Assembly: GCF_009914755.1 (NCBI RefSeq)
Contig: NC_060941.1
Origin: the human T2T-CHM13v2.0 reference genome, Homo sapiens
Reading direction: 5' to 3' (one strand)
Length of the DNA: 64,000 bases
The position numbers and the translations under genes are program-made. Numbering within the stretch: the first letter of the stretch is position 1; every line of letters starts with the position of its first letter. Of this stretch, positions 25,810 through 43,270 are shown one piece after another. Under the pieces are notes generated by a model, which was not told where the DNA came from, searched no databases, and worked only from the letters and a program-made list of their open reading frames with translations.

Positions 25810-27525
25810 CTGGAAAGGGACTGTGGGGGCAGACGTGCCAATGAGAGAGAAAGGGGTGGGGTAGGGCGGCTGACGCCCGGTTTAGGCGGAGAGCGCCGGG
25901 CAGAGGGGGAGGGGGACGAAGCTGGTGGCGAAGCGGCTCAGGAGAACCGGGGCTGGAGGAGCGGCAAGAGTACCCAGAAAGTGCCCTCTCCGCGGGGGTC
26001 TGCGGCCAAGGAGGATCCTGCTTGTGGAATAGCTACCAAATCGGCCTCCAGCCCACCCCAGGGGCGGGGTAGAGAAAGGGCAAACTGTGACCGGGACTTG
26101 TGCACCCGATTAATTGAATATTAATCACCCCAAGGCCTAGGCCAACCGCCACCCAGAGAGTGGCAGCTGCAGAACCCAAAGACGTGGAGCCGGGCTGGGG
26201 GTGGGGAAGGGAGGCCGCCACAGCTCCCGCCCCGCCGGCAGTTTAACTGCTTCCGCAGCCTCAGGCCTCCCGGTGCGACCCCGGCTGCGACTCGGATCCG
26301 TTTATTCCAAATGTCCCAGCCCACGCCGTGCCCAGAGTGTGGCGACACGAGGCCAAACTGCGTATGTATCTGTGTCCATGTCTACACACACACGCATGCG
26401 TGCATTTCTAGGGCTTGCTGGATCGCAGGTGCACAGAATAAACGCGGTGCCTGCTTGTAAAGCGCGTTTAAGATCATTCTTGGCTGAAATATGTGCGGGT
26501 ACCTAGGGAGTGGGGTAAGAGAGGGACTCGTGGTGGGGGGCGGGTAAGTGCCTTTTTCACAACCTGCCCCAGAGAAATACACGAAATTACATCGGGAGTG
26601 GAATCGAGCGTCCCTCTCAGCTAAAAATATTACTCACAGGTAGCAACGACGCCTGATTGGCTGCGCTGGTCCCTTCGCAACGAGGCGATTGGCTGCCTGG
26701 TATCCAGGAGACCGACGTCAAACTCGGACTGGGAAAAGGGGAAAGTCTGGGGGGAGCGAAGGAGGGGACGGGGAGAAAGAAGCAATGAATGAAACGCCCA
26801 TCGCCTGGCCTTCCCCTTTCCCCTTTCCCCTCTCCTCTCCATTCTTGGAGCACTTCCTGGAAAAACACCAGTTGGGGCGCCGCCTTCCCCTCCAAACGTT
26901 GGGGCCTGCACTCTCAACCTGCTATAAGGAAGTTAAACCGCAGCTCACCGAGGAGTAGGGTGTCTACGGGGCGGGCCCGTGTAGACCAGCTGTGCTCCTC
27001 GGGCACAAACCCGCCGTACATGCCAGGCCTAGAAGCTTTTGGCTTTGTGGACGCAAAATCTGGTTGGAGCCGCCTTCTCCACCCTGACTCTCCCGCCTCT
27101 CCTTTTTAGAAGGAACCGCACTGAGAAAGGGTATTTCTGAAGGCTCAATGCGTAGGAGAAGGGGTGGGAAGATGGGTTTGTGGAATGGGCTGAGGGTGGG
27201 GAGTGGTCAGGTGACTGATTTCATGTTTATTGTACAGATTCCTAAAACATAGTTTTACTAAGTGACTCCTTAAATTCTGATTAATGTGATTTTTTTTTTT
27301 TTTGAGTGTTTGGGTTTTTTAGTTGCAAACAGGAGTGGAATTGAAATGTGAAAGTATGGCAAAACTGTGAAAGCATTTAAATTAAAATGTCCCTTCCTCT
27401 GCATTGAAATGTCATCAAAACGTCAAATATAAATGATTTGTTCAGTTTTCTTTTTTTATTTGTTTGTTTTTGGTTTTCTGTAATGACAAGTCCATCTGTA
27501 ATAAAAGTGAGTTATTTTTAGTTTT
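25810..27525 (+). ncRNA. TOB1-AS1: TOB1 antisense/divergent lncRNA (short form; longer spliced isoforms may extend rightwards)
   Basis: Known locus organisation (recall); plus-strand donor GG|GTAAGT at 26544 and AATAAA at 27500-27505; boundaries approximate. Confidence 0.6.
26650..26722. promoter_or_regulatory. Second promoter module: two ATTGG (NF-Y) boxes plus CRE-like GACGTCA
   Basis: gATTGGctg at about 26655 and 26687 (32 bp apart); cgacgtca 26713-26720. Confidence 0.65.
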
Positions 27526-28173
27526 CTAATTAAGCACAGAAATTTCAAGAAACTAGACAGGATATCCTTGGAATGCCTTACCAAAAGAAACACTTCATTT
27601 TTCACGTGTTCTAGAAGCACAACTTCTTTTACCATTAGGCAAATAATGGTACTGTACCAAACATCTAGAACTGCGGGACCATGTGTCTTGATTAGTAATT
27701 TTATATTGGGGGGGCATATTAGGCATGGCTGAGACTAAAATGTCTAAAGATAGATGAATTGTAATTTTGTCAAACTTATCTGTACTTTTCAATAATTCTC
27801 TAAAGAGAAGGGACAAGTTCTCTTTTCTGAATGTCTTCAATTTGTAATTCCAGATTTGAAATATGAGAGCAGTCATCTGATAGGTACTGATTAAATATCA
27901 GTAGCATTAAAAGCATTTTTAAGTCAGAAATGTAGATGTCAAAAATTTATGAGTTATTGCTGCTTGGCCTAGGAGTGTAAGAAGATGTCTGACCAAATAT
28001 AAACACACACACACACACCACACAAACAACACACACGGAGGCCCCATGGCATACTGGAAAAAGCAATGAAGGGTGGGTACTGGGAGGTCTGAGTTTCACA
28101 CCAGTTTCAATAAACTTTTAGTTTTCTCACCTATAAAAAGGGTTGAATTAGATCATATCTAATGTCTCCTTCA

Positions 28174-28506
<333 letters not shown>

Positions 28507-28563
28507 TTAAAACTCAATGTTCCTAACATATATACTGCAGCTGTTCTTCAAATACAGATTGCA

Positions 28564-28921
<358 letters not shown>

Positions 28922-29404
28922 TCACGAGGTATAAAATGTTCTTTATCCAAGTTCTGCATATGGCTTATTATTATCTAACATTTACTTTGGAATTGTGCAG
29001 GGGAGTAGAGGGCTAACTGCTAATTGTGCAGGGAATTAGACTTATGGAGGAAAAAAGAATTTGATATTAGGCTCCAAGTGTATCACAATCAAGAGGTATT
29101 CCTCTCTCTGAGCAAATAACAGTCACTAGAAACTACAGCCTTTGCCTTTCACATCCCTACATTCTACACAATTCCCAGTGGGCCCTTACAATAAAGGTAA
29201 TCGTTTGGTAAAAAATAACTTCCAATATCTTCATAAAATACAGTTCTTGAAAGTGCCTTGAATTATTACCTAATCCACACAAGAACACACACATGCAACA
29301 CCTTGATTTCTGAGATAGAGACATCCTAAGTTTTCTAATTCTTAATATGCTTCCTTGTAAATTGAGAAAGGGTTACAGGAGAATAGCTATCACATGGTGT
29401 ATAA

Positions 29405-29728
<324 letters not shown>

Positions 29729-29781
29729 GACTCATTTCACTTCTAAGGAATCAACCTTTTACCTTTATTTGAAAATAAGAC

Positions 29782-30269
<488 letters not shown>

Positions 30270-30332
30270 TTATTTCTTTTTAAACGGTCATGCAACATAA
30301 ATCATAGCACACACATTTTAAAATTATTATTA

Positions 30333-30561
30333 ATTTTTTTTGAGACAGAGTCTCGCTCTGCGCCCAGGCTGGAGTGCAGCTCACTGCAGCCTCCCGGGTT
30401 CAAGTGATTCTTCCACCTCAGCCTCCCGAGTAGCTGGGATTACAGGCACCCGCTATCATGCCCAGCTAATTTTTGTATTTTTGTAGAGACAGGGTTTCAC
30501 CGTGTTGGCCAGGCTGGTCTTGAACTGCAGGGATTACAGGCGTGAGCCACTATGCCTGGCC
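30333..30561 (-). mobile_element. AluS with internal deletions
   Basis: Antisense, shortened. Confidence 0.9.
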
Positions 30562-31170
30562 TAAAATTAATTTTTTAAATCATGCTCTAGTCATTGAGTT
30601 ATTGAAAACCAAGTAAACCAGTTCTCTTCTAAACATTTCTCAAAAAAAGGCAATCCAGTTACGTCTGAGGAAACCTCAGTGTGGTTTCCTGTGGCTTTTC
30701 ACATGGGTTTGTAGTGGAGGGCTATATAGTCTCCAGAAGACACTGGCACACAGACATTTGTAATTAAAAGATAACTAGATAATGTTGAACAAGCCTACTA
30801 AAGCAACGTGGTCTGATAGGAGAATGTTTCCTTATAATTTGCTCACTTTCTATTATCTTGATGAACAAAATCCAAACCAAATCTTGCAATTTCTTTCCAT
30901 TAGCCGAGGAGGAAGATTTTGATTTCAGTAAAGAGATTATAGTGCGGGTTCTAGGAGTGATACGGTGTTCATGACATTCTAAGTACAAAGAACATTTATA
31001 TAAAGTACTCTGAGAGCAAATGTTATTAGAGTACTTTAAATACATTTAAAGCATGGGTTGCATATGTTATTATGCAGCTCTGCTTACTAAAATAGAATGT
31101 GATTTTATATATATAACCAATTGTGGCAGACACTGTTGCCAGCTCACCCGTTTCCCATGCCCCATCCTCA

Positions 31171-31740
<570 letters not shown>

Positions 31741-31837
31741 TTCAGACAGGGCACAAGGGGATGGATAGCTTATCACTGCTCCATAGTGTCTGGAACCTCA
31801 GCTGGAAAGGCTCAAATGCTCAAGTATCATCTGAAGC

Positions 31838-32035
31838 AGGTCTAACAGAACTTCCTCCAGTGATGGGAATATGCCATATCCGTGCTGTCAAATATAATAG
31901 CCACATGCGGCTCTTGAGCACTTGAAATGTGGCCAGTGTGACTGAGGAACTGAATTTTTACTTTAATTTAGTTTTAATGAAATTTAGATTTAAATAATCA
32001 CATGTGGACAGCAGCTTCTGAATTGGACAGCATGG
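31838..32035 (+). mobile_element. MER3
   Basis: agcacttgaaatgtggccagtgtgactgaggaactgaattttta. Confidence 0.85.
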
Positions 32036-32140
32036 ACCTGGAAGCTTTTTCAAAGCACATGTCTAGCACCTGGGCTGCAGTGACTCAAGGGCTGGGCTTA
32101 GTTGGCACTGTTGTTTGGAGCGTTTCCACATGGCCTCTGA

Positions 32141-32422
<282 letters not shown>

Positions 32423-32879
32423 TGACCCAGTCTCATAAGTCACAATGCACCACTTCCATTACACCCTAATGGTCAAAGTAACCACCAGCCAGATTCAAGG
32501 GGAGGGGACATAACCACCACCTCTCATGGAGGAGTGTCAAAGAATTTGAGGCCATTTTTAAAAATCACCACTGGGTCACTTCTCTCTTCTTCCTGCCTTG
32601 AACATGGATCTCATGGCAGGAGCTGCAGCAGCTCCTACTGAATAAACCATGAATAAAACGCAAGTTAATCACAGGGACAGGGGTTCTCACCAATGCTAGT
32701 CACTGCCTAGGTCTGGTCCACTTTTTAACCGACATTAAGTGTTCCATGACTTGCAGCTGAAGTATTTCCAGCAAAAACACTAATTTTACATCTTTTAAGG
32801 AAACCTGAACTTGATTTTCAAAAAAGCCAAAATAAATTTTTCCTCTAATCTAAAATATCAGGGCTTCTTTCTCATTATA

Positions 32880-33640
32880 AAACCTGGAAATGCTCATTAT
32901 AGCAAATTTGGAACACATAGAAATAAAGAAGAAAATAGCAATCATCTTTAATCTCTCCATGCAGTGCTAACCATCTTGCTCCATTTCTTTCTGAATGAGT
33001 TTCTATCACACACGCAATTTTCTATCCTGCAGTTCACTTAACATTACATTTTTCCTATTTTCTCCTGACATTAAGCATTTGTCACAATCATCATTTTTAA
33101 TGACTGCATATTATATTCCACTCTATGGATTTAGAATAATTTATTTAACCATCGCTGGGCATCTAAGTTGTTGAAAATGTTTCTGTATTAAAAACAAACA
33201 TATTTAACAGGCATTTTTATATGTAAATCTTTAGCTACCTCTCTATTTCCCTGAGCTAGATTCTATAAGCAAACTTAGCGAGTGGAAGAGAAGGAATATT
33301 TTTTAAGGCTGGTAACATAATGACAATCCACCTTCCAGAGAGATTGTACTTTTTTACCTTCCCAGAGGATACGCACTGCAAAATCACTACATTTTTAGCC
33401 AGCGTTGCCTACTAAAAAATTTTTTTCTATCCTTGGCTAATTTGGTAGGTAAAATGATATCTGTTGTTTAATTTTTATTTCTTTGATTACATGTAGGATG
33501 AATAGAGTTTGACATGTTTGTCAGCTCGTTGTACTACTGTTTTTATAAATTTTTTATCTATGCCTTTTCTCCATGTTTCTCTTAGAGGTCTTTGTGTTTT
33601 GCTTCAATTTGTATGAGTATCTTGCATATTGTGTACAGAT
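32880..33640 (-). mobile_element. Old L1 (L1ME-like) 3' fragment
   Basis: tcatttttaatgactgcatattatattcca, taatttttatttctttgattac. Confidence 0.7.
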
Positions 33641-33810
33641 ACGTGGCTGAAGAGGATCCTGGTCATAAACCTCACTCTAGAACTTGCCCAAACATTTTAA
33701 ACATGTGATTTTGATGCCTAGAACCTTGCTTTTCAATCTACTGTTTCACTTTATAAGGTCCTGACTAACTCCTGGGTTATCCATAAATGCTTAAAAAAAA
33801 AAAAAAAGCA

Positions 33811-34114
33811 AGCCAGGTACAGTGGTACCTATAAGCCTAGCACTTTGGGAGGCTGAGATGGGAGAGAGGATCATTTGAGGCCATGAGGTTGAGACCAGCC
33901 TGGGCAACATAGCGAGACCCCTGTCTCTACAAAAAAAATAAAAATATTAGTAGGGTGTAGTGGCAAGCACCCGTAGTCCCAGCTACTAAGGAGGTTTGAG
34001 GTGGGAGTATCCCTTGAGCCCAGGAGTTCCAAGCGGCAAGTGATCATTCCATAGCACTCCAGCCTGGGTGACAGAGCAAGACCTTTTCTCAAAAACAAAC
34101 AAACAAACAAAAAC
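33811..34114 (+). mobile_element. AluJ
   Basis: Diverged full-length Alu with (CAAA)n tail. Confidence 0.93.
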
Positions 34115-35365
34115 AGTTCTAATCATTTTTACTTAGGCCTCTGTCTTCTTGACCTTTCTGTCACATTTCACACTGTTTACTAATAACTACTTCAAATATT
34201 TCCTTTTGACTTTTAAGACTTTGCCCATTGTATTAACATTGGATATCCTAACATGGCCCCCACTTCCTATCTCAGCTGCAGTGGAGCAGAGAAGAAAAAT
34301 TATGAATTCAAAATTAGAGAATTTGTGTTTGGGTCTTGCCACCTGGTATTAGTTGGGTATGGCTACTCTGAGTCTCAGCCCTCATCTTATAAATAATTAG
34401 AAGCAATAATTACCCTCAGAGTTGTGTGAGAATCAATTGAGGTGACACCTGTGAAAACGCTCTATGAACCGTCAAGCCCCCCATAAATGTGAATATTTTC
34501 TTCCTTCCTCTCCCCCTCCCTCTTCCCCTCCTTCCCTACTTTCTCCTCCTCCTCTCCTCCTTCTCTTCCTTCTCTGCTTCTTACATCTGGCAGAAATTCA
34601 AGTACCATTTGATTCAGCTCAAGTAAAAATACATGTGAAATTGCTTTTAAACTACAAACAAGTATTATTAACACTCTCTTCTGTCAGATACAGTGTTGCC
34701 AACTCAGTCCTTTTCACCTTCAAAAAACCTCTCAGAATCCCATGGCTTGATGTTTTATATTATTATTTAATTATTAGTTTATTTAGCCTTCCGTGTGTTT
34801 ATGTCCTAGCCTTTGTTGGATTCCAAGCTTTTTAAGAGCAGAAAGCATGTACCTTTACACGAGCTTTATAGTGCCTTGCAGTCAATCAGTATTGACTGAT
34901 GGCTTTGCTAGGTCGCTGCTTAATCCAATGAAAGAACACAGAATATTTGAGGAAGGGTAAGTGGCTCAGAGTGGCTGCTGTGGATGGTTCAGAGGTGAGA
35001 ATCTAGAGAGGAGGCTGGTTGGTAGGCAGAGGCCAGATTACCAAGGGAGGAAATCTGGAATTTTGCCTTTAACAGACGGGAAGATGTTGGGTGATTTTTC
35101 AGTTGGGAAATGACATTATTGGAATTCTGTTTGGAGCACATTTTATTTATCTCTAAATGCCCCAGAGCATAGTACATTACTTGATACTTAGGAATTGCCC
35201 TGCCAATGTGTGTTCAATTGCTAGACGTAGTTTTATCACCCAATGGAATATTCTTCAATTGTTTGGTTGTTCTGAAGAAGAAATACTTACTGTCTTTTAA
35301 GGAAGATACAGACCCCACCTGGAGACCAATACTTCTATCCACTTGGGAACAAAAGGAAAAGTTTT

Positions 35366-35692
<327 letters not shown>

Positions 35693-35769
35693 TTATGTGG
35701 CAAGGTATTAAGTAAAAAAAACTTACGGTTTCTGAAAAAACTAAAACCTTTCTGTAGAAAATTCTACTG

Positions 35770-36285
35770 TGGTACCAGGAGGGTTGATTACTTCCACCTT
35801 TCCTTGTTGTTAGCCTAGACAACATCTGTTCCCCTTTCTTCCAGCAACAGTTGCGATTTTTGTGTGAGAACCTATACCTCTCCCACCCTTCATCCAGGAG
35901 CTTCTAGTGAGACTTGCGATTTTTGTGTGAGAACCTATACCTCTCCCACCCTTCATCCAGGAGCTTCCAGTGAGACTCTTGACAAGGCAAAAGCCAGCGA
36001 AAGCATCACATTCTCCTAACTACTGTGATGGGTTTAGGGATGGCTGATCAGAGCCAATAACTCAATTCTGGGACTTCTGTCTGAGGTCTTGGGATAAGGA
36101 CTCTTTCCCATGAAATATGAACCTGGAAGTATTCATTGTTGAGGCTCCCAGGGCCATCTTAGTACCAAAAGGAGAGAGCCTGTCAGAGAATGTAGCTAAC
36201 CCAGGTAAAACCAAGAAAAACCAAGTCCTGGAAACAGCCTTTTGAGCAGCCCTTGAATCAACTTTACCTGGACTTTCAGCTACAG
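35770..36285. mobile_element. ERVL LTR (LTR16-like)
   Basis: cagggccatcttagtacca...agagcctgtcagagaat...ttacctggactttcagctaca. Confidence 0.6.
35851..35976. repeat. 63-bp tandem duplication (2 copies, 1 mismatch)
   Basis: ttgcgatttttgtgtgagaacc...gtgagac at 35851 and 35914. Confidence 0.95.
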
Positions 36286-36295
36286 GCTGTCTTAG

Positions 36296-36939
<644 letters not shown>

Positions 36940-37897
36940 TGAAATCCCAGGAAGCAGGAGAGAGGGGCAAAGAGAGTAAAACAGCAAAGGAGGAGAACCT
37001 ATTTCAGGTTGCGTTATTAAACCAATTGCTGTTAAGTAAAATTGCTTGATTCCATGGATTAGTCCTCCAAGAAGCCCTATAAACTGTATCCCTTTATGTG
37101 AGAAAAGAAAGGGGAGAATTCATCCATTGGTTCCCATCTCCCACTGGTCAAATAATTTATGCCATGTTGCATAACTGTATTGCATGGGTGTGTGTCCTGT
37201 CTCTCCAAGAGGCCTGCATTGTCATGAGAGCAGGCCAGTAGCTTCTACTGCCCTGTGCCTACACCATCCACAGAATGCTTAGTAAATATTTGACTGAACT
37301 GACTTTTCATAAAGTTCAGCATTCTGCTATTTGATCATTTGCATCCCAATGAGTTTTCCCCAATTTGTGCTGTTTTATTAACCTGTTAAATGTTATCATT
37401 TGAGTGGTACTTACACAATCAATTGCCAGCTGATTTCACATACTCAGTGGCATTTGGATTCTAAAGCCAAATCATTATCCTTCTATTCTCAATATGGTTA
37501 AAATCAAAAAATGTTAAATGACATGTAAACTAGCTCCAAGAGATTCGATGTTGACCAACACAGGGATTCCAGAAACTAAGAATGGAGAGACCAAGGGGAA
37601 GGAAATAACTAAAGAACTCAGAGAAGAAAAAATTGATGTATCAGTTAAGTAATAATTAAAGTTTTGGCTAACATAATTAATAAACTTGACTTGGTAGATA
37701 TCGGTGTTCTTATAGGACTTTCCACATATAGACATTCTTTTCAACAACCCATGGACTAGTTTTAAAATTGCCTGTGTAATATGTAACCAAGAAAATTTAC
37801 ATAAATTCCCCCAAATAAAAACCTTATGACCTATACTGTTCATAGATCATTAAAGCTAGAAATTAACAACAAATACAGCAAAACATCTCTTTACTTG

Positions 37898-38070
37898 CAT
37901 TTTTTTTTTCAGACAGGGTCTCACCCTATGCCCAGGCTGGAGTGCAATGGTGTGATCACAACACTGGAAGGTTAAGGCAGGAGGATCGCTTGGGCCCAGG
38001 ACTTCGAGACCAGCCTGGGCAACATGGTGTGACCCCGCCTTTACAAAAATTTTTAAAAACTAAAAAAACC
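37898..38070. mobile_element. Fused inverted Alu fragments
   Basis: Antisense Alu 3' end (37898-37960) abutting sense left-arm fragment (37965-38070). Confidence 0.85.
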
Positions 38071-38409
38071 AAACAGAGCTTATTAAATGATTAAGAGCAT
38101 ACTATGTACAACTACATTAAATTTACAATCCTTAAGGAAAATGTAAATCATCTAAATTGATTTAAGAAATAGTATCAAACCTAAATAGACCACCAACAAT
38201 GGAAAAAAACTGGTTTAAGATCTACCTCCAAAAAAGACACAAAGCCAAGGTGGTTTTACGGTAAGCTCTGCCAAAAAAATTCCTGTATTTGAATTTTCAG
38301 AGCTTAGGGAAGCATGAAGGTCTTGAAGTTCTTATAAACTCACTCTACGAGTTGGTATAACATGGATACCAAAGTGGACAATGATTTGAGCAACAACAAC
38401 AGAAGATAA

Positions 38410-38720
<311 letters not shown>

Positions 38721-39047
38721 ACGAAAGCCTAAATTTGCTTATGAATACAGATTTTAAAATCCTAAATGAAATATTAGCGAATTGGATGAGTGTATTAAAA
38801 GTATAATGCAAGGATGGCTCAACATTAGGATATCTGTTAATGCAATTCACTATATTAATAAACCAAAAGGGAGCAATGACCTTTTCAACTGATGCAACCA
38901 AAAAAGCATTTAACGAAATCTAATACTCTTTCATGATTAAAAACAAAACTCTTTTTTTGTTTTGAAATAGAGAATGACATGTCTTTAACTTGATAAAGTA
39001 TCCATCAGAAACCTACAGCAAAGGTTGTACTAATGGGGAAGTGTTAG

Positions 39048-39348
<301 letters not shown>

Positions 39349-39362
39349 TAGAAACATCTTAA

Positions 39363-39442
39363 AGTCAGTATTGAGACAAGCAGGGTTGATACCATTGCCA
39401 TTAGTCAGTATTGAGACAAACAGGGTTGGTACCATTGCCATT
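39363..39442. repeat. 40-bp tandem duplication (2 copies, 2 mismatches)
   Basis: agtcagtattgagacaa(g/a)cagggttg(a/g)taccattgccatt. Confidence 0.95.
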
Positions 39443-39512
39443 ATTAAACAAGCCTGGAGTAACTAGCCATTTTAATAAGACAAGAAAAGGAAATATGAGG
39501 TATACATCATAA

Positions 39513-39639
39513 GAGGCTGAGGTGGGAGGATCACTTGAGCCCGAGAGGTCAAGGCTACAGTGAGCTGTGATTGCCCCACTTCCCTCAGCCTGGGTGACAG
39601 AACGAGACCCTGTCTCAAAATAATAAGAATAAGAAAAAA
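39513..39639 (+). mobile_element. Alu right-arm fragment (AluJ/FRAM)
   Basis: gaggctgaggtgggaggatcacttgagccc...tgtctcaaaa. Confidence 0.9.
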
Positions 39640-40442
<803 letters not shown>

Positions 40443-40519
40443 TAGAAGAATAATATTTTTTAATATGGTTGAATAATTTTGATGTATCTTGTACTTTGTG
40501 GCTGTTGGTGAGTTGAATT

Positions 40520-40760
40520 CATATAGATGGAGAAGATACTATGTACCAGGTATTGTTCTTCCTGCTTTACATTTAAATCTTCACAAAAACCCTATGAAGA
40601 AGATACCATAATTAATGCTATTTTATAGATGAGGGAACTGAGGCACAGTGGGGTATGCACTGGGCCTCATATGAAAGCACACAGCCAGTAAGTGGCAGAG
40701 CTGAGATTTGAACCTCAACCATTTTGCTGTAGAGCCTATGGCTTAACCACATGATATGAT
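40520..40760 (-). mobile_element. MIR
   Basis: ttttatagatgagggaactgaggcacag...agtggcagagctgagatttgaacc. Confidence 0.75.
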
Positions 40761-40817
40761 ATCCTTGGAAGATAAGAAAGCCACAGAAAAAGAGTAATCT
40801 CACCTTTATTAAAAGTA

Positions 40818-41157
40818 GGCTGAGTGCAGTGGCTCATACCTGCAATCCAGCCCTTGGGGAGGATGAGAGGGAGAATTGCTTGAGGCCAGGAGTTCGAGAC
40901 CAGCCTGGGCAACACAATGAAGCCGTGTCTCTACAAATATTTTTTTTTAATCCATCTGGTTAGATAGATTGTAAGAACAAAAACAAGCAAACAAAAAACA
41001 GGGGTGGTGGCGTGCACTTGCAGTCACAGCTACTTGGGTGGCTGAGGTAGAAGGATCTACTGAGCCCAGGAATTCAAGGTTACAGTGAAGTATGATTGCA
41101 CCACTGTACTCCAGCCTAGGTGACAGAGCAAGACCCTGCCTCTAAAAAGAAAAAAAG
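40818..41157 (+). mobile_element. AluJ with expanded linker
   Basis: Two arms separated by extra sequence. Confidence 0.9.
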
Positions 41158-41159
41158 TA

Positions 41160-41575
<416 letters not shown>

Positions 41576-41624
41576 TCATATGTTGCTTGGATTTTCCACA
41601 GTGGTCAGTTACCTTTGCAATTAA

Positions 41625-41923
<299 letters not shown>

Positions 41924-42691
41924 TAAAATAAAATATTAAATACATTTTAACATTTATTATATTTATATATTATACATACTTTTTGTACAATTTGAATATA
42001 TACATATATCATCTTTATATTTGGGGCTCACTTCTTTGTTTATGTAGTGTTTGTTTCCAAAAGCTTCCTTTATTATCTCTCACAAAAATGAGAACAGAAT
42101 GCACACACCACACCTATCTGCCCTACATTCCAAAAGCATTAATTTATCACATTGGAAGAGATCTGTTTTTTTTTTTTCACTAGACCTCTTCTGTGAACAG
42201 AGATCTGATTTTTGTGCATTCTGAAATACCTATTTATTATAAGAACTCTGTAAATGGTTGGCTAAAATGGCTTTAATTCAATCCTAACATACTCCCTAAT
42301 AGAGAGTTAGCCCTTTTGTCCTGTTTCCCTGCGTCTGGATTCCCATTCCATAAGCATCGCTCACAGGACTACTCTACTGGGTGCAGGAGAATAGGAGGCT
42401 GAGTAAGCCCCAGGCTAGTGGGACAGACACTTCCCAAGCCAGAAACCCAGGAGTCTTCTGAGACACCCCCTTTTGCTCACTCTGTCCCTAATTTCAAGCT
42501 GCCACTGGACCCATCCGCCTGACCTCCTACCTATTGATCTTGTCCGTTCGCCACCCTGCAGGCCATGAGCACCTCCTCCCTGGACCACCACGCCAGCCGC
42601 CTACTGGTTTCCCTGCCTTGACTCCTGCCTTCATTGCTAACACCTTCTCCACCCCACAAACAAGGGATGGATCTTTTAAAAATGCAAATCA

Positions 42692-43270
<579 letters not shown>

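Larger units (their letters stand above)
24590..27110. promoter_or_regulatory. CpG island / bidirectional TOB1 and TOB1-AS1 promoter region
   Basis: Very high GC and CpG density, many GC boxes, several CCAAT boxes, CRE-like motifs; no Alus. Confidence 0.92.

Noticed and set aside
24463-25841. Long overlapping ORFs of 288, 253 and 218 aa across the CpG island
   Set aside because: Expected from stop-codon scarcity in very GC-rich DNA; Pro/Arg/Gly/Ala low-complexity products, no recognisable domain, mostly non-ATG starts
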